A DNA stretch of 64,000 nt, taken from positions 62,001-126,000 of the forward strand of contig CAYVYK010000003.1 in the NCBI GenBank assembly GCA_964455675.1, read 5' to 3'. Shown here piece after piece: positions 29,385 through 39,341 of this stretch. Numbering within the stretch: the stretch's first letter is position 1; every line of letters begins with the position of its first letter. A program made the position numbers and the translations under genes. This DNA is from an uncultured Methanosarcinales archaeon. Its GTDB lineage: Archaea > Nanobdellota > Nanobdellia > Woesearchaeales > CAYVYK01. The notes below the pieces were generated by a model, which saw only the letters and a list, made by a program, of their open reading frames with translations, had not been told where the DNA came from and searched no databases.

Positions 29385-29454
29385 TGCCGACTTAATGTTC
29401 TCAGTAGACCCCACTCGACGATAGAGGGGGCTCTCTGTGATTATTAGGTTAGCA
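29385..29454 (+). ncRNA. Unassigned ~70-nt extended hairpin RNA upstream of tRNA-Asp
   Basis: UGCCGACUUAAUG pairs with UAUUAGGUUAGCA (12 of 13 positions); inner CAG/CUG, CCCC/GGGG, CUC/GAG; no ORF. Confidence 0.5.
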
Positions 29455-29464
29455 AGGGCATGAT

Positions 29465-29576
29465 GCCCTGGTAGTGTAGCGGCCTATCATGAAGCCCTGT
29501 CGAGGCATCACCGAAAGGCTTCGACCCGGGTTCAAATGTCATTCCCACGGAATGATTGAAAGTCCCGGCCAGGGCG
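29465..29576 (+). tRNA. tRNA-Asp(GTC) with two introns (29503-29515 at 37/38; 29537-29562 at 59/60)
   Basis: Acceptor GCCCTGG/CCAGGGC; AAGCC-CT-GTC-G^A-GGCTT; T-loop intron with a strict BHB; the spliced product is a 73-nt cloverleaf. Confidence 0.92.
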
Positions 29577-29581
29577 TCACA

Positions 29582-29602
29582 CATGGGCAGGATCTGCCCA
29601 TG
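29582..29602 (+). repeat. Perfect 9-bp inverted repeat in the tRNA spacer
   Basis: CATGGGCAG-GAT-CTGCCCATG. Confidence 0.85.
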
Positions 29603-29610
29603 GCCTTTAT

Positions 29611-29707
29611 GGGCCGGTAGCTCAGCCTGGAAGGTGCTACGACACTTGGGCAACAGAGCATCTGCCTTTTAAGCAGATGGTCGCGAGTTCGAATCTCGTC
29701 CGGCCCG
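29611..29707 (+). tRNA. tRNA-Lys(TTT) with a D-loop intron (29631-29653, position 19/20)
   Basis: Acceptor GGGCCGG/CCGGCCC; TCTGC-CT-TTT-AA-GCAGA; TTCGAAT T loop; BHB GCCT/GGGC with GG^A and AA^C bulges; spliced length 74 nt. Confidence 0.92.
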
Positions 29708-29730
29708 TACAATCATGCGAGGGGTATCAC

Positions 29731-29973
29731 TTGGGCAAAAAGTTTGAGGTCACGCAAAACTTCCTTGTACCTCCCCACGAGAAAATCTCGGAAAAGGAGA
29801 AGAAGGAAGTACTGGAAAAATTCAACATCGTGGCAGCACAGCTGCCAAAAATCTCCGCAAAAGACCCAGCGATCAAGAGCTTGGAACTCAAGCCTGGCGA
29901 TGTTGTGCGAATAAAACGGAAAAGCCATACAGCAGGCGAAGCCGTTTATTATCGGGTGGTCGTCGATGGATAG
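29731..29973 (+). CDS. rpoH: RNA polymerase subunit H (Rpo5)
   Basis: LVP.H, QLPKI...DP, GDVV.I.R.S.TAG...YYR.V; TTG start after a GAGGGGT SD. Confidence 0.95.
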   Translation: MGKKFEVTQNFLVPPHEKISEKEKKEVLEKFNIVAAQLPKISAKDPAIKSLELKPGDVVRIKRKSHTAGEAVYYRVVVDG

Positions 29974-31453
29974 TGCGCACAAAACCTTAATGAAACGCTA
30001 CTTTGAGCAGCAGAGTCTCATACGGAGTGATATCGAGAGTTTCAACAACTTCATCGAGAACGAGCTCAACGCAATCATCGAGGAAAATAAGGAGATTGAG
30101 CCCACCATCATTCCACAGAACATCGACAGTTTCAAGATCCGACTTGACAAAATCTGGGTGACAAAACCGGTTATCACAGAAGCAGACGGGTCACGGCGCA
30201 GCATTTACCCAATCGAAGCACGCCTACGCAAAATCACCTATTCTGCACCAGTGTTCATCGAAGTTTCCGCCCACATCAACGATGTTCAACGAGAAAGTTT
30301 TGTGACACAAGTCGGAAACATACCAATCATGCTCAAGAGCAACTACTGCCACCTCGCGAAGATGAGCCGAGAAGAGCTCATCGAGCACGGCGAAGATCCC
30401 GACGAACTTGGCGGGTACTTCATCATCAACGGCACGGAAAAAGTGCTCATCGACGTTGAAGACCTAGCAGCAAACCAATTCCTCGTCGAAAAAGAATCCG
30501 TCGGAGTGAGCGACTACAGCGGCAAAATATTCTCCGAGCACGGAAGCTTCAAGATTCCCCACACACTCCAGCGCATGAAGGATGGCATCTTCTACCTCTC
30601 ATTCACGCGCGTCAAACGCATCCCAGTTATTCTCGTCGTTAAAGCCCTTGGGCTCCTGAAGGATGAGGATATCATGCGATTCATCTCAAGCGAAAAACAG
30701 TACGATGAGGTCTTCATCAACCTGTATGAGTTTGTCGACGTCAAAAATACTGAAGATGCCCTTGACAAGATCGCGCGCATGATCGGCATTACACAGAGCC
30801 GCGACATCAGACTCGAGCGCATGCAAGAAATCCTCGATAAGTACCTACTTCCGCACCTTGGCATCCGCCAAGAAGATCGCATCTTCAAAGCATACAACAT
30901 CTGCAAATACATCAAGAAATACATCCAGACATCAAACGGAGAACTACCTGTCGACGATAAGGATCACTACATCAACAAAAGACTCAAGATGAGCGGCGAT
31001 CTTCTCGCAGACTTGTTCCGCGTCAACATCAAGATGCTCATCGGTGACCTCCTCTACAACTTCCAGAGGATCGTGAAACGAGGAAAATTCCCAAGTATCA
31101 GAGTCATTATCCGAGAGAAACTCCTGACACAGCGCATCTACAGCGCGATGGCCACTGGAACATGGGTTGGAGGACGAAAGGGTATCAGCCAACGCATCCA
31201 GCGGCTCAACTACAATGAGATGGTAAGTCACCTCCAGCGCGTCGTCAGTCCCTTATCAGCTTCACAAGAGAACTTTGAGGCAAGGGAGCTCCACAGCACG
31301 CACCTTGGACGGCTCTGCCCCATCGAAACACCCGAAGGAACAAACATCGGCCTTCGTAAGAACCTCGCGCTTCTCTCGACAGTCAGCACTACCATTCCTG
31401 AGGCAGAGCTCGTGAAATCCATGCGAAACCTCGGACTCAAACCAGTACTCTAA
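29966..31453 (+). CDS. rpoB2: RNA polymerase subunit B'' (Rpo2N)
   Basis: SFN.F, EARLR..TY, GGYFIINGTEK, ARELH....G.LCP.ETPEG.N.GL.KNLA. Confidence 0.97.
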   Translation: MDSAHKTLMKRYFEQQSLIRSDIESFNNFIENELNAIIEENKEIEPTIIPQNIDSFKIRLDKIWVTKPVITEADGSRRSIYPIEARLRKITYSAPVFIEVSAHINDVQRESFVTQVGNIPIMLKSNYCHLAKMSREELIEHGEDPDELGGYFIINGTEKVLIDVEDLAANQFLVEKESVGVSDYSGKIFSEHGSFKIPHTLQRMKDGIFYLSFTRVKRIPVILVVKALGLLKDEDIMRFISSEKQYDEVFINLYEFVDVKNTEDALDKIARMIGITQSRDIRLERMQEILDKYLLPHLGIRQEDRIFKAYNICKYIKKYIQTSNGELPVDDKDHYINKRLKMSGDLLADLFRVNIKMLIGDLLYNFQRIVKRGKFPSIRVIIREKLLTQRIYSAMATGTWVGGRKGISQRIQRLNYNEMVSHLQRVVSPLSASQENFEARELHSTHLGRLCPIETPEGTNIGLRKNLALLSTVSTTIPEAELVKSMRNLGLKPVL

Positions 31454-31463
31454 CGGTGAAACA

Positions 31464-33266
31464 ATGAGCGAAGTCTACCTCAACGGAAAATTTGTCGGCA
31501 CGGTTGAAAACGGGCAGGACTTCGTCCACCAGTTCCGGAGCGACCGAAGAAAAAGCATCATCAGCCCATTCGTCAGCATACGCTATGATGAAATGATAAA
31601 CACGATCCATGTGGAATGCGGACGGGGACGAATCATGCGACCGGTCATCATTGTCCGGGACGGACAGCCCCTCTTCACCGAAAAGCATCTCAAACAGCTC
31701 AGTAAAAAAGAGCTCACATGGACAGACCTTCTCGAGCAGGGAATCATCGAATACCTTGACGCATCCGAGGAAGAAAATGCCCTGATCGCCTTCATGGAAA
31801 AGGATCTCACACCCGACCATACACATATGGAGCTCACACCGCTCGCACTTCTCGGCCTTACCACATCACTAGTTCCTTACGGCAATTACAACCAATCAAC
31901 ACGACTTAATGCAGGAAGCAAGAACCAGAAACAAGCAGTAGGGTTTTACGCAGCAAACTTTCCTGTGCGGATTGACATGGATGTCAACCTCCTGCATTAT
32001 CCACAAGTTCCAATTGTGAACACCGCGATGCACGAAATCAGCGGATACGAGAAACATCCCGCAGGACAGAATGTCGTCGTTGCAGTCCTCTCCTACCGCG
32101 GATACAATATGGAAGATGCGGTCGTGATCAATCGCGCATCCATCGACCGAGGATTCGGACGAAGCACCTATTTCCGGCCAGCAGTCGCAGAAGAGCTCCG
32201 CTACAGCGGAGGCCTCATGGATACTATCAGCATTCCTGATAAAGATGTTAAAGGATACAAATCAGAGAAGGACTACAAGTTCCTCGAAGACGACGGCATC
32301 GTGTTTCCCGAAGCTGATGTAAAGGAAGAAGATGTTGTCATCGGCAAGACATCACCACCACGATTCCTCTCCGGAATGGACGAGTACAGCCTCGCATCAA
32401 ACACGAGAAGAGAAAGCTCAGTTGCGCTACGGCATGGAGAACTTGGGACTGTTGACTTTGTACTTATCACAGAGAATGAAGAAGGAAACAGACTTGTCAG
32501 CGTACGCCTGCGAGAACAAAAAATACCAGAGATCGGAGACAAATTCACATCACGACACGGACAGAAAGGAGTCATCGGGCTCATCGTCGAACCAGCAGAC
32601 ATGCCGTTTGCTGCCAGCGGAATGGTGCCAGACATCCTGTTCTCGCCGCACGGAATCCCAAGCCGTATGACAATTGCACACCTCCTTGACCTCATCGGAG
32701 GAAAAGTAGGATGCCTTGCAGGAAGACACATCGATGGAACAACGTTCCACGTCGAAAAGGAAGAAGACATTCGCAAAGAACTTCAGGAACTAGGCTTTCG
32801 AGAAAGCGGACTTGAAACTCTCTACAACGGAGCAACTGGAGAAAAATACGAAGCACGCATCTACATTGGAGACGCGTACTATCTCAAGCTCAAACACATG
32901 GTCAGCAACAAGATGCACTCCCGCGCGCGAGGACCCATCCAGCTCCTCACAAGACAGCCTACAGAAGGACGCGCAAAAGAAGGAGGCCTGCGCCTTGGAG
33001 AAATGGAGAAGGATACATTCGTCGCGCACGGCGCGTCACTCCTCCTCAAAGAGCGATTCGACGCGGACAAGACCATCGTGCCTATCAGCGAAACAACCCA
33101 CAATATCGCAATCTACGACACATACAAAGGAAAGGCATACGATCCCCTAGGTGGGGAGACCGAGGAAATAAGCTTCGTGGAAATGAGCTATGCGTTCAAG
33201 CTCCTCTTAGAAGAGCTGCGTGCGCTAGGCATCTATCCCAAGATAATCCTTGAGGACAAGTATTGA
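31464..33266 (+). CDS. rpoB1: RNA polymerase subunit B' (Rpo2C)
   Basis: GYNMEDA, GDKF.SRHGQKG, PSRMT, KLKHMV, LTRQPTEGR, GGLRLGEME. Confidence 0.98.
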   Translation: MSEVYLNGKFVGTVENGQDFVHQFRSDRRKSIISPFVSIRYDEMINTIHVECGRGRIMRPVIIVRDGQPLFTEKHLKQLSKKELTWTDLLEQGIIEYLDASEEENALIAFMEKDLTPDHTHMELTPLALLGLTTSLVPYGNYNQSTRLNAGSKNQKQAVGFYAANFPVRIDMDVNLLHYPQVPIVNTAMHEISGYEKHPAGQNVVVAVLSYRGYNMEDAVVINRASIDRGFGRSTYFRPAVAEELRYSGGLMDTISIPDKDVKGYKSEKDYKFLEDDGIVFPEADVKEEDVVIGKTSPPRFLSGMDEYSLASNTRRESSVALRHGELGTVDFVLITENEEGNRLVSVRLREQKIPEIGDKFTSRHGQKGVIGLIVEPADMPFAASGMVPDILFSPHGIPSRMTIAHLLDLIGGKVGCLAGRHIDGTTFHVEKEEDIRKELQELGFRESGLETLYNGATGEKYEARIYIGDAYYLKLKHMVSNKMHSRARGPIQLLTRQPTEGRAKEGGLRLGEMEKDTFVAHGASLLLKERFDADKTIVPISETTHNIAIYDTYKGKAYDPLGGETEEISFVEMSYAFKLLLEELRALGIYPKIILEDKY

Positions 33267-33269
33267 GGA

Positions 33270-35861
33270 ATGACCATGGACGAAAACATACACGTTTACA
33301 AGAAGATCAAGGCAATCTCCTTTGGACTGTACAGTCCGCACATGATCAAGAAAATGGCCTCTGTCAAGATCGTCACGCCAGAGCTCTACGACAAAGAAGG
33401 ATACCCAGTCGACGGCGGCCTCATGGACATACGGCTTGGAGTCATCGACCCAGGCCTCAAGTGCAAGACATGCGGCAGCAAGATCAAAGAATGCCTTGGG
33501 CACTTTGGATACATCGAACTCGCTCGGCCGATCATCCACGTCAAATTCGTCGGAGTCATATACAACCTCTTGCGCAGCACATGCCGCGACTGCGGACGCG
33601 TGCTTATCCCTGATAACCGCATCACTAAAGTTGAGAAAGAACTTGAACGAGCGGAAACAGAAAGGCCTGTCGAGAGCAGACGGTCAGCGCTCCAAGGATT
33701 CATCAGCCAGTTCAAGGGCATTGACAAATGCCCTCACTGCAAGGCGAAACAATTCAAGATCACCCTCGAGAAACCAACGACATTCCTCGAGAACGAAAAG
33801 CGCATCAGCCCGATCGAGATCCGGACAAGGCTCGAAAAGATCACGGACTCAGACTGCGAAGTATTTGGGCTTAACCCAACGGTCGCGCGACCCGAATGGA
33901 TGGTCCTTACCATTCTTCCCATTCCGCCAGTCACGATGAGACCAAGCATTACCCTCGAAACAGGAGAGAGGAGCGAGGATGATCTCACGCATAAGCTTGG
34001 GGACATTGTGCGCATCAACCAGCGGCTCTTTGAAAACATCAACGCAGGAGCACCAGAAATCATCATCGAAGACCTTTGGGACCTTCTGCAATACCACATC
34101 ACCACATTCTTTGACAACTCCATCACGCAGCTTCCACCGGCGCGGCACCGGAGCGGACAGCCACTCAAGACGATCACGGAACGCATCAAAAGCAAGGAAG
34201 GTCGCATCAGGCACAACCTTGCAGGAAAGCGTACGAATTTCTCAGCGCGCACCGTCATCTCACCAGACCCCTGTATCAGCATTATCGAAGTCGGTGTTCC
34301 CATGGCCATCGCCATGAAACTTACTGTTCCAGAGACTGTAAACCACTGGAATGCAGAGTACGTGCGAAAATTCGTCGAGCGTGGCCACAAAGTGTATCCA
34401 GGAGCGAACTATATCATTCGGCCAGACGGCAAGAAGAAAAAGATAACCGATGAAACCAGGGAACAGGCACTAGAAGAATTGCAGCCAGGGTACATTGTGG
34501 AACGGCACCTCCTTGATGGGGATATCGCGATCTTCAACAGACAGCCAAGCCTTCACCGCATGAGTATGATGTGCCACCGCGTGAAAGTCCTGCCCGGAAA
34601 GACACTCAGGCTCAATCCAGCAGTATGCCCTCCATACAACGCAGACTTTGACGGTGATGAAATGAACCTGCACATCCCGCAGACAGAAGAAGCGCGCGCG
34701 GAAGCAGAAATCCTCATGCAAGTCCAAACACAGCTCATCAGCCCAAGGTATGGCCTTGCCATCATCGGATGCAGCCAGGACAGTATCAGCGGCAACTACA
34801 TGCTCACAAGGTACATGCACTTTACGAGAGAAAACGCCATACAACTGCTTGCCACAATCGGAGTCCAGGACTTCTCACGCATTCCAAACAAGCAGACCGT
34901 ATCTGGCAAGGAAGTATTCTCTGTGCTTCTCCCCGAGGACTTCTCCTACGTTGGAAAGTCCAAATCCAAGGACGAGGACGGTACGAACGAGGTTATCATC
35001 GAGAACGGAAAACTCGTGAAAGGAGTCATGGATGCCGCAAACCTTGGAGAAGGCAAGGGACTCATGCTCCGCAATATCCATAAGAAGTATGGAGCTGACA
35101 AGACGCTCATCATCCTCCAGAACATCTTCAGGCTCGGCTGCGATGTTCTCCAGAACGTTGGATTCACGTCAGCACTCTCTGACACTGACCTCCCGAAAGA
35201 TGCGCGAGAAATGATCCATAAGACGCTCGACACCGCGGAAAAAGAAGTATTCGAACTCATCGAACGATACCGGCGTGGAGAACTCGAAGTATTGCCAGGA
35301 AGAACGCTAGCCGAAACGCTTGAGCTTCGCATCCTTGAGTTACTCAACAAGGCGCGTAACGAATCAGGAGAGATCGTCGGAAAATTCAGCAATAAAAACA
35401 CTCATACACTCATCATGGTCACGTCAGGAGCGCGTGGAAACCCAACAAGCTTGGCACAGATGGCAGCATGCGTTGGGCAGCAAGCCATGCGCGGACGAAG
35501 GATCGAAAAAGGATTCCGCGGACGCACGCTCTCCCACTTCAAGAGAGGAGACCTTGGGCCCAAAGCGCACGGATTCATCAAAGACGGATTCAAAAGCGGC
35601 CTTGACCCATCCGAATTCTTCTTTGCAGCCATGACGGGACGCGACAGCTTGATGGACACTGCGCTACGCACGCCTAAATCAGGATATCTCTACAGAAGGC
35701 TCGCAAATGCCATGCAAGATCTTAAAGTCGAATATGACAGCACCGTTCGTGATTCTAGCGGAAAAATCATCCAATTCCAATATGGAGAAGACGGCATTGA
35801 CGTATCCCGCAGTGAAAAAGGAAAAGTCCAGGTCAAGAAGATCGTGGACGAAATCGTTTAG
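33270..35861 (+). CDS. rpoA1: RNA polymerase subunit A' (Rpo1N)
   Basis: CKTC...[23 protein letters not shown] catalytic motif. Confidence 0.99.
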   Translation: MTMDENIHVYKKIKAISFGLYSPHMIKKMASVKIVTPELYDKEGYPVDGGLMDIRLGVIDPGLKCKTCGSKIKECLGHFGYIELARPIIHVKFVGVIYNLLRSTCRDCGRVLIPDNRITKVEKELERAETERPVESRRSALQGFISQFKGIDKCPHCKAKQFKITLEKPTTFLENEKRISPIEIRTRLEKITDSDCEVFGLNPTVARPEWMVLTILPIPPVTMRPSITLETGERSEDDLTHKLGDIVRINQRLFENINAGAPEIIIEDLWDLLQYHITTFFDNSITQLPPARHRSGQPLKTITERIKSKEGRIRHNLAGKRTNFSARTVISPDPCISIIEVGVPMAIAMKLTVPETVNHWNAEYVRKFVERGHKVYPGANYIIRPDGKKKKITDETREQALEELQPGYIVERHLLDGDIAIFNRQPSLHRMSMMCHRVKVLPGKTLRLNPAVCPPYNADFDGDEMNLHIPQTEEARAEAEILMQVQTQLISPRYGLAIIGCSQDSISGNYMLTRYMHFTRENAIQLLATIGVQDFSRIPNKQTVSGKEVFSVLLPEDFSYVGKSKSKDEDGTNEVIIENGKLVKGVMDAANLGEGKGLMLRNIHKKYGADKTLIILQNIFRLGCDVLQNVGFTSALSDTDLPKDAREMIHKTLDTAEKEVFELIERYRRGELEVLPGRTLAETLELRILELLNKARNESGEIVGKFSNKNTHTLIMVTSGARGNPTSLAQMAACVGQQAMRGRRIEKGFRGRTLSHFKRGDLGPKAHGFIKDGFKSGLDPSEFFFAAMTGRDSLMDTALRTPKSGYLYRRLANAMQDLKVEYDSTVRDSSGKIIQFQYGEDGIDVSRSEKGKVQVKKIVDEIV

Positions 35862-35869
35862 GTGGAACT

Positions 35870-36997
35870 ATGAACAAGATCATCTCGGAATTCAAAGGGC
35901 AGTTGCCTATCAGCATGCTTACGGAGCTTGAGGAACTAATCCCCAAGAACGCGTCAGATGCCAAGATACGAAAGATTTGCGATCGCGTCGTCGAGGAATA
36001 TGCTATTGCGCGGGTTGATCCCGGCGAAGCGGTTGGCCTTGTCAGCGCCGAATCCATCGGAGAGCCTGGAACGCAGATGACACTCAACACATTCCACTTT
36101 GCGGGAGTTGCAGAAATGAACGTCACCATGGGACTTCCACGTATTATCGAAATCCTTGATGGAAGGAAGGAAGTATCAACACCTATGATGGAGATCTATC
36201 TTGAGGAGCCGTACAACAAAGGCAAAGACATCAGAAAAATCGCGCTCAGTATCAAGGAAACAACGTTCCAAGATGTCGTTAAAGAATTCCTCATCCATAT
36301 CGCAGACTCAGCTGTTGAGGCGACGCTTGACACTGATAAGATGAAGGAGCTTGGACTTTCCGCCGCGACCGTCACAAAACTCCTCGAGAAAGGGATGAAG
36401 GGTGTCACCGTCAAAAACAATGAGCAATCACTCCTCATCAAAGTCAAGGGCAAAGACATCAATCTCAACGAAGTATACAAAATCAAGGAACGGCTCAAGA
36501 CCGTGTTCGTCGCGGGAATCAAAGGTATCAAGCAAGTCCTTCCAGTCCGACGCGGAGAAGAATTCCTCATCATCACTGCGGGAAGCAACATGAAAAAAGT
36601 GCTCGAACTCGAATTTGTCGACTCCCACAGAACGCGAAGTAACCACGTCTTTGAGATCAGCGAAGTCCTTGGTATCGAAGCCGCACGACAGGCGATCATT
36701 GATGAAGTGTTCAAGGTCATCGAAGCGCAAGGACTCAACGTTGACATCCGGCATGTCATGCTCGTCGCAGACACCATGTGCACGAGCGGAACCGTCAAGG
36801 GAATCACACGCTACGGAGTTGTGAGCGAGAAATCAAGCGTACTTGCACGAGCATCATTTGAAACACCCATCAAGCACATCATGAGCGCCGCGCTCACAGG
36901 AGAAACGGATTTCCTCCGCAGCGTCGTCGAAAACGTCATGATCAACCAACCACTACCAATTGGTACGGGCCTCCCTGGCCTTACCATGAAACGGTAG
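35870..36997 (+). CDS. rpoA2: RNA polymerase subunit A'' (Rpo1C)
   Basis: [36 protein letters not shown]. Confidence 0.98.
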   Translation: MNKIISEFKGQLPISMLTELEELIPKNASDAKIRKICDRVVEEYAIARVDPGEAVGLVSAESIGEPGTQMTLNTFHFAGVAEMNVTMGLPRIIEILDGRKEVSTPMMEIYLEEPYNKGKDIRKIALSIKETTFQDVVKEFLIHIADSAVEATLDTDKMKELGLSAATVTKLLEKGMKGVTVKNNEQSLLIKVKGKDINLNEVYKIKERLKTVFVAGIKGIKQVLPVRRGEEFLIITAGSNMKKVLELEFVDSHRTRSNHVFEISEVLGIEAARQAIIDEVFKVIEAQGLNVDIRHVMLVADTMCTSGTVKGITRYGVVSEKSSVLARASFETPIKHIMSAALTGETDFLRSVVENVMINQPLPIGTGLPGLTMKR

Positions 36998-37030
36998 GCT
37001 TTTAAACGAGACGAATTTTTCGTGATAACC

Positions 37031-37303
37031 ATGGAAGACATCAGCAAAGAAATACGACAATTGCTTAAGACGGAGCGCCTTATCTTCGGAACAGAGGCAA
37101 CTCTGAAAGCACTTCGGATGGCAACAATAGGGAAAGTATTCCTCAGTTCAAACGTTCCTCAACTTGTCAGGGAAGATATTCTCCACTACACAAAGCTCCA
37201 GCAGGGCATCACCATAGTTGAAGCAGTCCAGGCGAATGACGAGCTTGGTGTACTCTGCAAGAAGCCATTCTCAATCTCAGTCATCGGTGTGAAAAAAGAA
37301 TGA
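37031..37303 (+). CDS. rpl30e: 50S ribosomal protein L30e
   Basis: G....LK.L, N.P, ELG.LC.KPF.IS; canonical operon position. Confidence 0.9.
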   Translation: MEDISKEIRQLLKTERLIFGTEATLKALRMATIGKVFLSSNVPQLVREDILHYTKLQQGITIVEAVQANDELGVLCKKPFSISVIGVKKE

Positions 37304-37713
37304 GAATAAAGCTGGACGTTTCTGCCATCACCACCATCAATCTCTTCGAACGTGTGACCGGCGCTAAAGTCAGAGACTGCATTACAGGAGAGACCCGTGT
37401 TGTCTTCGTTGTAGAAGAAGGAGAAATCGGAAGGGCAATCGGGAGAAACGGTGTCAATATCAAAAAAATCGAACAAGCGCTTAACAGAAAGATTAAAATA
37501 GTAGAATTTAACCCTGACGTGGCACGCTTTGTCGGAAATCTCGTTCTCCCGCTACGGGCGAGCAAGATAACGGTTGATGGCGACACCGTGGTTCTTCACA
37601 GCGATGACGTAACCACCAAAGGCCTCCTTATCGGCCGAAACGCTCAAAATCTCCGGCACAACGAAACCATAGTCAAACGATACTTCGATATACGCGAAAT
37701 AAAAGTGATGTAA
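37300..37713 (+). CDS. nusA: Archaeal NusA (two KH domains)
   Basis: FE..TG..V.DC, G.AIG.NG.N, IG.N..N. Confidence 0.95.
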   Translation: MRIKLDVSAITTINLFERVTGAKVRDCITGETRVVFVVEEGEIGRAIGRNGVNIKKIEQALNRKIKIVEFNPDVARFVGNLVLPLRASKITVDGDTVVLHSDDVTTKGLLIGRNAQNLRHNETIVKRYFDIREIKVM

Positions 37714-38150
37714 TGGCAAAAAAAAGTCGAGGACTCAACGCTGGAAAGGCGCTCAAACGGCGGCGCAAATACAGCCTGTGGCTTGATCCAAGCTACAAGC
37801 GAAGAATGCTCGACCTTCGCAGAAGGTCAGATCCGCTCGAAGGCGCGAGCCAAGCGCGAGGTATTGTCCTTGAAAAAGTGCAAATCGAAGCAAAGCAGCC
37901 AAACTCAGCCATGCGCAAATGCGCACGAGTCCAACTCATCAAGAACGGACGACAGATCACTGCGTTCCTTCCAGGCGACGGCGCACAAAAAATGGTCGAT
38001 GAACACAAAGAAGTCATCGTTGAATGCATCGGCGGCCGCAAGGGACGAAGCAAAGGCGACCTCTCCGGTATTCGATGGCAAGTCATCAAAGTCAACGACC
38101 AAAGCCTTGACGCCCTCCTCAAAGGAAAGATCGAGCGAGCGCGCAAGTAA
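37713..38150 (+). CDS. rps12: 30S ribosomal protein S12 (uS12)
   Basis: [25 protein letters not shown]. Confidence 0.98.
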   Translation: MAKKSRGLNAGKALKRRRKYSLWLDPSYKRRMLDLRRRSDPLEGASQARGIVLEKVQIEAKQPNSAMRKCARVQLIKNGRQITAFLPGDGAQKMVDEHKEVIVECIGGRKGRSKGDLSGIRWQVIKVNDQSLDALLKGKIERARK

Positions 38151-38153
38151 ACC

Positions 38154-38558
38154 ATGAGATACAAACCACTCATCATGTTGTTGCTTTTCGTTATGATAAG
38201 CACCAATGCATACGCATTACAACTCATCGTTGGGCACGTTCAGGATGCTGCTGACGGACAGTCAGCAAACGGATACACTGTGCGCATCTGGAAACCTACC
38301 AACCGAAGCGACTATCGCGAGGGAGTGATCGTGGACAATGTGTATGCGATCAACTGCGGAAGCCCAGGGGGCCTTCACGATCCGTGCGTCCATGGAGATA
38401 TCATGTACGCGCAAGTTGTGCACCAAAGCGGTTATGCAAGCCGCATAGGGTGGACACGCATCAATGTCAGCGATGGGAGCCCATCAACGGACACCATCAA
38501 CCTAACGCTCGTCAAGATCATGCCGATCGCGATACGAGCACACTATGTGAGACCATGA
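38154..38558 (+). CDS. Secreted hypothetical protein inserted between rps12 and rps7
   Basis: Signal peptide (AYA-LQ), IVG.V.D...G..A.G..V beta-sandwich pattern, two Cys; ATGA overlap with rps7. Confidence 0.75.
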   Translation: MRYKPLIMLLLFVMISTNAYALQLIVGHVQDAADGQSANGYTVRIWKPTNRSDYREGVIVDNVYAINCGSPGGLHDPCVHGDIMYAQVVHQSGYASRIGWTRINVSDGSPSTDTINLTLVKIMPIAIRAHYVRP

Positions 38559-39154
38559 GCGACATCAAAGCATTCAACCTATGGCCGACAGATGGCATCG
38601 AAGTAGAAGATGCAGGACTCAAGAGATACATCTCCACCGATCCACGCATCGTACCACGAAGCAGCGGAAAATATGCTGGAAACAAGTTTCACAAATCACG
38701 CATGTTCATCGTTGAGCGATTCATGAACAAGCTCATGGTTCCCGGGCACAAGTCACGCAAACACTTCAAGACGTCCAACCTCACAACCGGCAAATCAAAC
38801 ACAGTCTACCATCTCATGAAGGACGCGTTCGTCATCATCGAACAGCGCACCAAACAAAATCCCGTCAAAGTTTTCGTGCAAGCACTCGTGAATGCCGCAC
38901 CACGAGAAGAAGTTATCACGATCGAATATGGTGGCGCAAAGTACCCGAAAGCCGTTGAGTGCTCGCCACAGCGACGCCTCGATGTAGCCATGAGGCAGAT
39001 GGTCCAAGGTGCATACCAGCGCAAATTCAACGCGAAGAAAGGCGCCGTCAATGCGCTCGCAGAAGAAATCATCGCGGCATACCAGCTTTCTCCAAACTCT
39101 GCCGCGATCGCTAAGAAGCTCGAGCTCGAGCGACAAGCAGATTCCAGCAGGTAA
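38555..39154 (+). CDS. rps7: 30S ribosomal protein S7 (uS7)
   Basis: D.GLK.YI, IVER..NKLM, NP......A..NAAPREE, SPQRR.D.A, LAEEII.A; start re-assigned to ATG 38555. Confidence 0.97.
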   Translation: MSDIKAFNLWPTDGIEVEDAGLKRYISTDPRIVPRSSGKYAGNKFHKSRMFIVERFMNKLMVPGHKSRKHFKTSNLTTGKSNTVYHLMKDAFVIIEQRTKQNPVKVFVQALVNAAPREEVITIEYGGAKYPKAVECSPQRRLDVAMRQMVQGAYQRKFNAKKGAVNALAEEIIAAYQLSPNSAAIAKKLELERQADSSR

Positions 39155-39341
39155 GACCCCATGTTTGTGGTGTTATATTGACACCTTCATGGCCTCCATA
39201 CTGGCCTCAACGATTGACAGAGTATTCTGGAGCGTCCGATCGATCAGGATACACTGCACGATTGCCTCTTCACCAGCCACTACCTTATCTCAACAGGATA
39301 TCTGCAACACTAGTGTGCCCGACTGTTAAATCTATGGATAC

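Noticed and set aside
29677..29730. N-terminal extension of the rpoH ORF in the track
   Set aside because: It overlaps tRNA-Lys; a TTG at 29731 with an SD gives the normal length.
38384..38554. Apparent 57-aa N-terminal extension of S7
   Set aside because: It overlaps the inserted gene in another frame; S7 homology starts at ATG 38555.
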